The notes under the pieces are model-generated. The model worked only from the letters and a program-made list of their open reading frames with translations. It did not search any database and was not told where the DNA came from. Shown in pieces: positions 30,967 to 39,894 of a DNA stretch of 64,000 bases. The number at the start of each line of letters is the position of its first letter. The stretch's first letter is position 1. Location of the stretch: IMG/VR virus record IMGVR_UViG_3300028591_000078, positions 32,001 through 96,000 of that record; one strand, given 5' to 3'. Position numbers and translations under genes: made by a program. The DNA comes from a virus (Duplodnaviria; Caudoviricetes).

Positions 30967-33795
30967 ATGGCTACACTTAATGCTTCAGATGTATTTGAAT
31001 TAACCAAATATACAAATGATCTAGCCAAGCAGCACATGGATGATGTAACAGAAGAAACTTTATTCATGTCTACCTTTGGTATGATAGCAGATATATCTGC
31101 ACAGATGCTTCAGAATGCTGTAATAGTTTCTGGAGAATTATCTAATGAAGCTATTCCTACTAGAGCAAAGTTTGATAGAAATGTCATTACTCATGCACTC
31201 TCTGTAGGTATTAATGATATAAATGCAAAGCCTTCTATCATGAAGGTAATGATATTCTTCCCAGAGAAGATTCTTCTGGAGAATATGAAAGATGATGAAA
31301 TCATAATTGATAAGGATATTCCTATATATTATGGGGATTATGAATTCCATTTCGATTATGATATGAGAATCTATAGAACTTTCTTAGCTGACGGTAAGAG
31401 TTATGTATACTCTGCTAGATATATTATGGATACCCCTAATCCTGTATCAGAGATAACAAATCCTTACCTTCCTCCTATAGCTGTATTTAAACTTACCGAC
31501 CTTACAAGCTTTATAGGTATTATGTGCACTATAAGCCAGGTTGAGTATAGAGAAATACATACTAAGATTCTTACTGATAATCTGATAGAGAATAAGACAT
31601 TTACTTTTGACTATGATGGCCAGATGGCTGCATTCGATCTTATTATAGTAGACCCTAGAGATCCTGAATATCCTAAGCATCTTACTCCTGTATATGATGG
31701 ACTCTATGATGATAGTATAGATATGTATTGCTATTATAGCTTTGTAGATGCTAATACTATCAGAATCAAGTTCAATAAAGATGTATATGAGCCTATAGCA
31801 AACTCTGAGATTACAGTAAGGCTGTATACTACTCAAGGTGCTGGAGGTAACTTTACATACAAAGATGATGTAATGGTTACTATAAACTCTACACTTAGAT
31901 ATCCTTATAATGCTCTCTATATGCTTGTAAAGCAGAGAGGTGATAATGGTGCATTCTTTGGTGAAGATAGAGCTACAGTAACACAGCTTCAGAAGAAGAT
32001 TCCGAAAGAAGCTCTCGCTAGAGGATCTGTAACTAATGCTACAGACCTTAATAATTACTTCAACCAGATTAATACTGAGAACTCTCATATTAAAGCTCTG
32101 AGAAAGAGAGACAATCAGTTAGAGAGATTATATTATACCTACAATATTATCAAGGATAACAATAATAACGTAGTACCTACTAATACAATCGATGTAAAGG
32201 TTCCGTATAGATACTTCCCTAATGCTGGATCTACAGATCTGAATGAAAGTCTTACTATACTTCCTGGAACTAAGATATTCTTCTGTAAAGATGAATATGG
32301 TAATTATGATGCAGGATTTATTGATGATGGTCAGCCTCATACAGGAGATGATGTATTTACTTATATGAGTCCTTTCACCATGAAGATCAATCAGAATCCT
32401 CTGTTTGCATCATACTATATAGATATAATCCATGATACCAGATATCTTGAGTTTAACTGGATTAATGATGACTGTGGTATTCAGTTTATAGCATCTACTT
32501 TACAGGTAGATAGAAACTTTTATACTGACAGAAACACTTATCATATGACTATAGATATAGCTCAGAATATCAATGAAGATTATAAGCTTTCTATTATAGA
32601 TCCTGATACAGGTGAGATTGTAGTTAATAAGATTAAGATGATTGGTCTTATATACAATAAAAACAATAAGTATCAGGTTCCTTATAGATTTATAGAAGCT
32701 GAACTCTGTACAGATACTGCTGATAAACAAGAGTATACAGATTATATGTACAAGTTCAAGTTTGACCTTGAGACTAATAATATCATGACAGATGAGAATG
32801 AGTTGATTATAACTAATTCTCATGAGCCCAGATCTGGCAATGTAGTTAGAGCTGAGTTCGATGATACTATGTATATGGATATCTATATCCTTCTCAAGAC
32901 AGATCCCTCTGAAGGTAGTCCTACAAACTTTGATATCATTAGAAATGATCTCGATAGATGGATGCCTAAGAAAAAGACTATAGCATATAATGGTGTAACT
33001 TATGATGTAGATATGAATAATAAAGCTCTTAATGCCAATGGTGGTATTAATGAAGAAGCTACAGCATATCTACTTGAGCATCTTGATGAGGTTCAGATAG
33101 ATGAATCTAAGAATTATCTGGATGGATACACTATCACTAATATATATAGAGTAACAGATGGATTCCAGATCTTCTATAATTATACTGATGAAATCAATTC
33201 AGAGATAACTACCGAAGGTGGAGATTGGGATACCATCTTTAGAATCAATAAAGTTCCGCTTGTAAAGTTTGACTACCTTGATACAGAGGATAAGATGACC
33301 TTTGTAGTAAAGGAGATCAGACTTAAGTTGGAATATATTCTTAAATGCCTTGATAAGCTTGAAACTTCCTTCGGAGTAGATTATAAACTGTTCAATACTT
33401 ATGGACCAGCTACTATATTCTATATCCAGAGAGAGAATAACGTTCTTATCAACAGAGTAAATCTGACTATGCAGTTTAAGCTTAAGCTGTACAGCAATGT
33501 CGATAAGTCTCTTGTTGATTATATAATCAAAGATGTAAAGGTTTATATGGAACAGATTGATGAAGTTAAAGATCTTCATATGCCTAACCTTATAACTTAT
33601 ATCACTACTAAATATAGAGAGCATATAGTATACTTTGAGTTTGTTGATATTAATGGTTATGGTCCTGGTGAACAGCATATCACCATGGATGATACATATG
33701 AGACAAGCTCTAGAACACCAGAGTTCTTGAATATAAATACTGTAAGGGATGAGAATGGAAATGAGGTTCCGGACATCCTAATACAGCTCATGTAA
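30967..33795 (+). CDS. Baseplate wedge protein (T4 gp6-like)
   Basis: 942 aa; YTTQGAGGN...GEDRAT...ARGSVTNATDLNNYF corresponds to the gp6/baseplate-J core. Confidence 0.7.
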   Translation: MATLNASDVFELTKYTNDLAKQHMDDVTEETLFMSTFGMIADISAQMLQNAVIVSGELSNEAIPTRAKFDRNVITHALSVGINDINAKPSIMKVMIFFPEKILLENMKDDEIIIDKDIPIYYGDYEFHFDYDMRIYRTFLADGKSYVYSARYIMDTPNPVSEITNPYLPPIAVFKLTDLTSFIGIMCTISQVEYREIHTKILTDNLIENKTFTFDYDGQMAAFDLIIVDPRDPEYPKHLTPVYDGLYDDSIDMYCYYSFVDANTIRIKFNKDVYEPIANSEITVRLYTTQGAGGNFTYKDDVMVTINSTLRYPYNALYMLVKQRGDNGAFFGEDRATVTQLQKKIPKEALARGSVTNATDLNNYFNQINTENSHIKALRKRDNQLERLYYTYNIIKDNNNNVVPTNTIDVKVPYRYFPNAGSTDLNESLTILPGTKIFFCKDEYGNYDAGFIDDGQPHTGDDVFTYMSPFTMKINQNPLFASYYIDIIHDTRYLEFNWINDDCGIQFIASTLQVDRNFYTDRNTYHMTIDIAQNINEDYKLSIIDPDTGEIVVNKIKMIGLIYNKNNKYQVPYRFIEAELCTDTADKQEYTDYMYKFKFDLETNNIMTDENELIITNSHEPRSGNVVRAEFDDTMYMDIYILLKTDPSEGSPTNFDIIRNDLDRWMPKKKTIAYNGVTYDVDMNNKALNANGGINEEATAYLLEHLDEVQIDESKNYLDGYTITNIYRVTDGFQIFYNYTDEINSEITTEGGDWDTIFRINKVPLVKFDYLDTEDKMTFVVKEIRLKLEYILKCLDKLETSFGVDYKLFNTYGPATIFYIQRENNVLINRVNLTMQFKLKLYSNVDKSLVDYIIKDVKVYMEQIDEVKDLHMPNLITYITTKYREHIVYFEFVDINGYGPGEQHITMDDTYETSSRTPEFLNINTVRDENGNEVPDILIQLM

Positions 33796-33837
33796 CATTC
33801 AAGTAAATATACTCAAGTAAAGGAGGATTATATAGCA

Positions 33838-34779
33838 ATGGCCCGCTTAATGAGCACTAAGGAGTACGTTAATTGTCTCCTTGATGAATATAATCGTAAA
33901 GTCGATCCTTCTCATAAGACAAGAAGTCAGAAGTACCAGCTTCTTCAGGAGCAGGAGATGACAGAAACTCGTGATCAGCTCACCAATAAGGTTTACGTTG
34001 AAGAAACCAGAATGGGTAAGTATAATAGGTTTATTGCAGACTCAAAGAAAGCACTCTTAGAAGAGTGTATATATAGAACTTTTGATGCTAGTCTTCGCAA
34101 GGTTAATCCCGCTCCTACGCTAGAGTCTACTTGTAGAGCTCTGGTAGATAACTTTGTTAATGAACAGGGCGTGGAGAACCTTCTGCAGAGATTCAGAACA
34201 CAGTCTGTATTCCTTTCAGAGCTTGCTCTTCTGGTAGATAAGTTCCATAAGAAGATAGTAGAATCTTGTGATAAAGATAATGAGGAAACCTTTAAGGTTG
34301 ATGCAAATATCACCGATAAGTTCTACGAAGAGCTTGATGCTGTAAATGCTGATGAAGTTATTTATAGTATCCGTAATCGTGTAGCTGATTCTATGAATGA
34401 GTTTATTGATCAGAACGCTGCTGACAAGATCGCTATTAAGGATGTCCTTAAGGATACCAAAGATCAGATGGATGCATTGAAAGGCGAGGTACCTGACGAG
34501 GTAAGAGAAAGCTATACTTATGATGCAAAACGCAAAGTTACACAGATAAGGAACAGACGTCCTAAGACAGTTATATCTGCAATGGTTGAGTCTATGCTTA
34601 GAAAAGCATATAAGGATGAAAACTATAGAGCAATATACTTCGATGGAGTCAATCCTAATATGGATAAAATCATTGAAAACTGCGAGATCATGTATACCTT
34701 CCTTGAGACAGTAAGTACAACGAAGATGATCGACGTGAACGAGAATTACATCAGAGAAATCCTCTCTGACATGAACTAA
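33838..34779 (+). CDS. Putative virion protein
   Basis: 313 aa, late promoter at 33794, terminator at 34786-34816. Confidence 0.55.
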   Translation: MARLMSTKEYVNCLLDEYNRKVDPSHKTRSQKYQLLQEQEMTETRDQLTNKVYVEETRMGKYNRFIADSKKALLEECIYRTFDASLRKVNPAPTLESTCRALVDNFVNEQGVENLLQRFRTQSVFLSELALLVDKFHKKIVESCDKDNEETFKVDANITDKFYEELDAVNADEVIYSIRNRVADSMNEFIDQNAADKIAIKDVLKDTKDQMDALKGEVPDEVRESYTYDAKRKVTQIRNRRPKTVISAMVESMLRKAYKDENYRAIYFDGVNPNMDKIIENCEIMYTFLETVSTTKMIDVNENYIREILSDMN

Positions 34780-34825
34780 AATATTCCCCATAGTCATAGC
34801 GACTATGGGGATTTTTGTGCATTTT

Positions 34826-34867
34826 GCTAAACTAAAAGATTTCAATTATATATTATAATAGTGAGTA
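34826..34867 (+). promoter_or_regulatory. Early-type promoter block, copy 2
   Basis: Identical to the reverse complement of 13989-14030. Confidence 0.75.
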
Positions 34868-34924
34868 AGAAAAGAATGTTTGGAGGTGATACATAACTTA
34901 CTCACTATACCCACCGGTGAACCA

Positions 34925-35185
34925 AAGATAAAAGACAACCCTGGAGCTAGGACTCCAGGGTTAGTCAGAAAGGTGGGTGATTAAAATATGTGGGATAATA
35001 TACTTTCCACATCCGCTTACATACAGCTCAGATCCATGGTCAGAGTTATGTGTGTAGGCAAGGGAGTTGAATTTCTCCCTGAGACGAAGAGTTTGTTCGA
35101 CTGCAAAGCTAACAATACTCTTCACAAAATGGGTCTTTATTGATCCATAAGCATGATAAACGAGTAATCACCCGATTACTCATTT
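34925..35185 (-). ncRNA. Predicted cis-antisense RNA, copy 2
   Basis: AACA-ATATGA-TA on the minus strand at 35185-35196; ends at hairpin 34937-34962 followed by GTCTTTTATCTTT on the minus strand. Confidence 0.5.
34988..35143 (+). CDS. Unannotated 51-aa small protein MWDNILSTSAYIQLRSMVRVMCVGKGVEFLPETKSLFDCKANNTLHKMGLY (paralog of 13748-13870)
   Basis: Same SD-like AAAGGTGGGTGA; colinear with copy 1 over 32 codons. Confidence 0.75.
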   Translation: MWDNILSTSAYIQLRSMVRVMCVGKGVEFLPETKSLFDCKANNTLHKMGLY

Positions 35186-35296
35186 ATCATATTGTTGTTA
35201 CTAGTGTAGAGAATTACATAAAGTCCTGTACAATTCTCTATGATACTAGGCTAAAAACACATTCTTGTACAGGCAAGCGCGGGAGGCGCTAGAAAT

Positions 35297-35602
35297 ATGA
35301 TCATGACACAGAATATTGTCAAGGCAGTAACTATAGCAGTACTGACAAAAAGGTTCTGGAAGGGTAAGAATTTGTCCCCCAGAATGGCAGTCTCTGATGA
35401 AAACAGAAAAGACTGTTTCGAACTGATGATAGCATCAATACCAGATGCTATCTCAGACATAGTACTTGAAAGAGATGTCAGCCTCGATAGAAGGTTGGCA
35501 ATAGGAAACACAATCGGCCTCTGGACTGATCCTAAAAATGCAGAAGATGCAATGCTCAGCATCGTAGATGCATTACACAACAGATTCGGCTATGACGTTT
35601 AA
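35297..35602 (+). CDS. Hypothetical protein
   Basis: 101 aa, GGGAGG RBS, followed by a terminator. Confidence 0.65.
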   Translation: MIMTQNIVKAVTIAVLTKRFWKGKNLSPRMAVSDENRKDCFELMIASIPDAISDIVLERDVSLDRRLAIGNTIGLWTDPKNAEDAMLSIVDALHNRFGYDV

Positions 35603-35617
35603 GTTATAGTCGAATAA

Positions 35618-35652
35618 AATAAAACGGGGCACTCATAGCCCCGTTTATTTTT
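35618..35652. terminator. Bidirectional terminator, near-identical to 45430-45465
   Basis: AAATAAAACGGGGCACTCATAGCCCCGTTTATTTTT. Confidence 0.75.
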
Positions 35653-35654
35653 AC

Positions 35655-36827
35655 TTACATACTACGATTTTCTACAATGTCAGGATAGTTAACCTGAATT
35701 ATAGGGGCTCTATAATCATACTTATAGAGTTTCTTCTTAGAAAGTTCATCTCTGCACTTGTAGTATCTATCAAGGATTCCATACCAACGCTCTCTTTCTC
35801 TATCAGACATCTCTTCATTAGATACATAATCTGACAGAATAGAGATCTTAGTATTCAACTCTCTGAGCAGCATAAGAGCATCATCTTCATCATAGATATG
35901 TTTTACTCTTATAGCATACTCATACAGGTCATCCTCAAAACCTCTGATACCTTTATAGGTACAAGCCTTTCTGGTATCATTGATTTTCTTTTTTAGGTTC
36001 TCTATCAAAGATGCTTCTAAGAGATTAGAATCATCGATCCTGTATAGAGAATCTTTGACCTTGCTCATTTCTTGTCTCTCATATTTTGAGCCAGTCATAT
36101 CCATACCACGTTTAAGGGTTTTGAGTGCGGGTATTCTCTTAAACTTTACATCTTTATACAGACGCAAGCACCAAGAAAGAACTATCATCTTGTTCTTAAC
36201 TTCCTTGTTTATCATAAAACCGTTCTTATTGATCTTCTTTAAAGCTTCAGTAAGGTCGGTACCATATCCGCAAGCAAAAGCAAACTCATCAGCAATGAGT
36301 TCTTCATCATCTCTCTCAAACACAGAAGTTACTTTTCTCAGTGTATTCTGAATACCATATCTGAGAATTTCACGATAGCTGGCAGAGTCATTGAGTTGGA
36401 TAACATCCTTCTCTTTCATAAGATATACATCTATGCACTTTCTAACCTCTTCAGTAGGCTGAGAGTCCTTTACAAGATGCCCTACTTCATGGAGAAGTAT
36501 AGCAACAAACTCTCTTTCAGTAAGTCCGAGAGTTACATCGAGAAGCTTAGAATCAAGCTCTATATAATATTCAGTAAATCTTACAGGAGTTTTTTCTCCT
36601 ACAATTACACCAACCTGAGCATCTTCAATCAGAGGTACGACACACATACCAAAGAAGAGTTTATCAGTATTCTTGGTGTATATAATATCCTTGCACTTAG
36701 CATCATTAAAGAACTTGTTAAGCTCATTCTTGAGTGCTTTAAGGTTTGTATAAGATGGCGTAACGAGTATATCAGCAGCAATACTATCAAACTCGCTAAA
36801 GTCATATCTTATTCTAGGTACTGGCAT
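35655..36827 (-). CDS. Zincin (HExxH) metallopeptidase-like protein
   Basis: AILLHEVGH plus downstream ELIADEFA..CGYG..L..AL (M48-like third-ligand motif). Confidence 0.65.
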   Translation of the reverse strand: MPVPRIRYDFSEFDSIAADILVTPSYTNLKALKNELNKFFNDAKCKDIIYTKNTDKLFFGMCVVPLIEDAQVGVIVGEKTPVRFTEYYIELDSKLLDVTLGLTEREFVAILLHEVGHLVKDSQPTEEVRKCIDVYLMKEKDVIQLNDSASYREILRYGIQNTLRKVTSVFERDDEELIADEFAFACGYGTDLTEALKKINKNGFMINKEVKNKMIVLSWCLRLYKDVKFKRIPALKTLKRGMDMTGSKYERQEMSKVKDSLYRIDDSNLLEASLIENLKKKINDTRKACTYKGIRGFEDDLYEYAIRVKHIYDEDDALMLLRELNTKISILSDYVSNEEMSDRERERWYGILDRYYKCRDELSKKKLYKYDYRAPIIQVNYPDIVENRSM

Positions 36828-36912
36828 ATTCTTATACCTCCAGTTGTAAAAAGATATAAAAAGAGCCTACGGCCTAATAGCCGTAGGCCCTAAAGCTTAG
36901 CTTATGAATCCA

Positions 36913-38715
36913 TTACGTAGTAGGCTCAGGATTATCGATATCGAAATCATTGAAGCCAATTGTAGAACCGATAGGATCATCATTAGCAATCATCTCACGG
37001 AGACCTGTAGGATTGAGGATCTTCAGACGGCCCTGTACAGGCTGGTATTCCTCTACCTTGAATCTCTCAAATGCATGAATTGCAGGCAGAGCAGGATTGT
37101 TAGCGTTCCTGATCTCATTGCTTACATACATCTGGTAATCATAGATTCTGTACATGAAACGCTCAGTGTTTCTAGGACAGAGGATGATCATGAGGTTATT
37201 GTTATCACGAAGCTTATCAGAACTAATGAACTGGTAAGTTCTCTTGTCACTTGTAGTAACTGTCTTTACGAAGTCGAGCTCTACAGGACCGATGTTACCA
37301 GGAGTCTGATATGTGTACTCAGTAGGAGTAATCTTACGAATAAGATCATCACGACCGATTACAGAGATTGTCATGTTAGGATCGTTAAGGACATGCAGGA
37401 GCTGAGTTACATGTGTATCCAGAGCATCCATAAATGTCTTATGTCTCCACTCGATGTGGTCAAGCATATAGCCCTCACGAGGAGCGAAGTCAAATGTACG
37501 AGCGATCTTGCAGCCAGGATCAAGATTGATGAAGCTGTTATCAAGGAATCTTCTGATCTTATCATCCTTGTAGTTAGCAAGAGTGATCTTGAAGAGACTC
37601 ATGATCTTTGTAAGCTGGTTAATCTGATACAGAGCAGCGATATCCTTAACCTCTTCAGGAGAGATAGGAGTATTGATCGGAATAGCATTCGGGATTTCGA
37701 TCAGCTTAGTATTAGCAGACCACTTAACCGAAGCAGTTCTCAGCATAGCTGTAGAAGTGTCGATTCTTGTATTCAGTACACACTTTGTAATGGCAGCATT
37801 GGAGCACTGGATACCAAATCTGTTCTTCTTCATCCAACCAGAGATGAAGCCCTTAACTGTAGCAGTACCGTTCTTGATCTCAAAGCTTTCCATAGCCTGA
37901 CGATCGAGATCACCATATGCTACATTGAATGGAATATTTACATCAGCGATGTAGTTAGTTACATCAGTAGAATCAGCAGTTGTAGTAGCAGTCTTGATTT
38001 CTCCGGTAGTAGCATCAAGATATCTGTACTTTACATTCTTGCCTGTAACTGTGCACTCATCGAGAACAAGACCATCGATATAGGTCTCGATCGAGAGGTT
38101 GTCATCAAGCTCATTAGCACCAAACAGAGTAAAGAGCACATTTGTCTCACCAAGTTCAGGAAGTGTAAGAACGATTTCCTTCATGGGAGCTGCCTGCTCC
38201 ATAGCATCTGTCATCTTCCACTGCTCACGGAACATATCAATCTCTGTTCCATCAGGAGCAACAAGGGTTCTAGTCTCCATTGTTACTGTGAACTTAGGAG
38301 ATGTAGCTACTACCTTCGGAATAGCACCCTTATCGAAGATATTGTTCATAAGAATATTCTTATGAATCGGGAAGCTCATGCCGATCACGGGGTTGTAAGC
38401 AGAGATAGGAGCATACTCAAGGATAGCTTCCTTATCATTTGTATACTGCTCATTCATCATTTCCTCATGATCCTGAACCTCTTCTGTAGTCATATGCTCG
38501 TAGTCAGCAGACTGCTCTACGAAGAATGTACGCATAGCTGTATCAGAAGCACGGTTGTTAAGAACCTTAGCGCCTTCCTGGAATACATCGAATCCAGTTT
38601 CATTAAGAATGTCCTTTGTTACTTTATTGAACGCCGAAGCGAATCTAGCCATCGGGTCCTGCATATAACCCTTGCCCGCTACCATAGGCTGGGGTCTTGT
38701 ACCAACAGTAGGCAT
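36913..38715 (-). CDS. Probable major capsid protein
   Basis: 600 aa; own late promoter (38796-38807) and terminator (36866-36888); strong high-expression codon bias; acidic N-terminal propeptide-like segment; lies among head genes. Confidence 0.7.
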   Translation of the reverse strand: MPTVGTRPQPMVAGKGYMQDPMARFASAFNKVTKDILNETGFDVFQEGAKVLNNRASDTAMRTFFVEQSADYEHMTTEEVQDHEEMMNEQYTNDKEAILEYAPISAYNPVIGMSFPIHKNILMNNIFDKGAIPKVVATSPKFTVTMETRTLVAPDGTEIDMFREQWKMTDAMEQAAPMKEIVLTLPELGETNVLFTLFGANELDDNLSIETYIDGLVLDECTVTGKNVKYRYLDATTGEIKTATTTADSTDVTNYIADVNIPFNVAYGDLDRQAMESFEIKNGTATVKGFISGWMKKNRFGIQCSNAAITKCVLNTRIDTSTAMLRTASVKWSANTKLIEIPNAIPINTPISPEEVKDIAALYQINQLTKIMSLFKITLANYKDDKIRRFLDNSFINLDPGCKIARTFDFAPREGYMLDHIEWRHKTFMDALDTHVTQLLHVLNDPNMTISVIGRDDLIRKITPTEYTYQTPGNIGPVELDFVKTVTTSDKRTYQFISSDKLRDNNNLMIILCPRNTERFMYRIYDYQMYVSNEIRNANNPALPAIHAFERFKVEEYQPVQGRLKILNPTGLREMIANDDPIGSTIGFNDFDIDNPEPTT

Positions 38716-38829
38716 AATTTATAATCCTCCTTTTTAGAATTATTATCTTTGATTTTTGTTTATAGCCCAGATATCATGAAGATAGCTAGCTATTTTATTG
38801 TAATGTTATAAAAACCACTCTTGGTTTGA

Positions 38830-39876
38830 TTAGGTTTCCTCGTCAGAATTGCTTGTTTTAGGGGCTAATTCTTCAAGTAATTGATTAATCGTGTTAAGAG
38901 TAGCTAAACATTGCTGATAAATTACCATATTCTCAGTATAACCTCTAGTAGGATACCCTTCTGTAAGGTTATAATGTATCATGGTTCTGAGTTCAGTAAG
39001 CTTCGTACCTACAAATTCTAATGCTTTTATATTAGAATCTGTCTTAGGAATCTTATTAACTCTTTCTATTACGTCTCCAAGAGTCTCATACAGATCTATA
39101 AACTGACTCTTAAGTTCAATATGCTTAATAGCCATCTGCTGATCAGATAGATCTGAGAATAACTCTTTCTCTATATTATCTATTTCTTCTGCAGTCTTTA
39201 CTCCTCCAGTAGAATCTGATCCACTATCATCATCTGTTCCAGAGGTATCATCGTCGCCAGTAGAGCCACTATCACTAGAGCCGCCGCCAGATGTATCACC
39301 TTCAGCACCTTCCCCAGCATCTCCTTCTCCGCCACCTTCATCATCATCTGATGGCATATCTCCACCAAGATCTTCATCTTCGTCTCCGCCACCAGTATCA
39401 TCACCTTCTGCAGGAGGTTCTCCAGAGTCATCCCCGCCTTCATCGTCGTCGGTAGGCATGTCGTCTCCTAAATCTCCTTCATCTTCTCCGCCAGCATTAT
39501 CATCATCGGGGATATTATAATCTGTATCATCTCCTACAGTATTATCATCCCCACCTTCATCATCATCAGAAGGCATATCGTCACCTAAGTCACCATCATC
39601 TTCGCCTTCATCTTCTGCAGGAGGTTCTTCTCCTCCTTCATCTCCACCTTCTTCATCATCGTCGGTGGGCATATCATCACCAAGATCAGAATCATCATCT
39701 CCTGCATCGTCAGGAGTATTATTCTGATCATTATCATTGGCATCTTCATCATCAGTAGGAGGGGTTCCTACATCCTCATCTTCATCATCGTCCTGGCTTA
39801 TATTCTCCTGTTGTCTATTAGGACCAGTACGAGTAAGCTCATTCAATGATCTTAAACCATTAAAGAATATTCCCAT
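38830..39876 (-). CDS. Acidic low-complexity protein (possible scaffold/head protein)
   Basis: Asp/Gly-rich with four DLG(D/G)DMP(T/S)DDDE repeats; helical C-terminal domain; directly upstream of the capsid gene. Confidence 0.6.
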   Translation of the reverse strand: MGIFFNGLRSLNELTRTGPNRQQENISQDDDEDEDVGTPPTDDEDANDNDQNNTPDDAGDDDSDLGDDMPTDDDEEGGDEGGEEPPAEDEGEDDGDLGDDMPSDDDEGGDDNTVGDDTDYNIPDDDNAGGEDEGDLGDDMPTDDDEGGDDSGEPPAEGDDTGGGDEDEDLGGDMPSDDDEGGGEGDAGEGAEGDTSGGGSSDSGSTGDDDTSGTDDDSGSDSTGGVKTAEEIDNIEKELFSDLSDQQMAIKHIELKSQFIDLYETLGDVIERVNKIPKTDSNIKALEFVGTKLTELRTMIHYNLTEGYPTRGYTENMVIYQQCLATLNTINQLLEELAPKTSNSDEET

Positions 39877-39894
39877 TAGAGAAATCTCCTTTCT

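Noticed and set aside
36904-38724. 606-aa plus-strand ORF antisense to the probable capsid gene
   Set aside because: Codon-register shadow of a strongly biased gene; no RBS or promoter; Ser/Ile/Leu/Cys-rich non-protein-like composition
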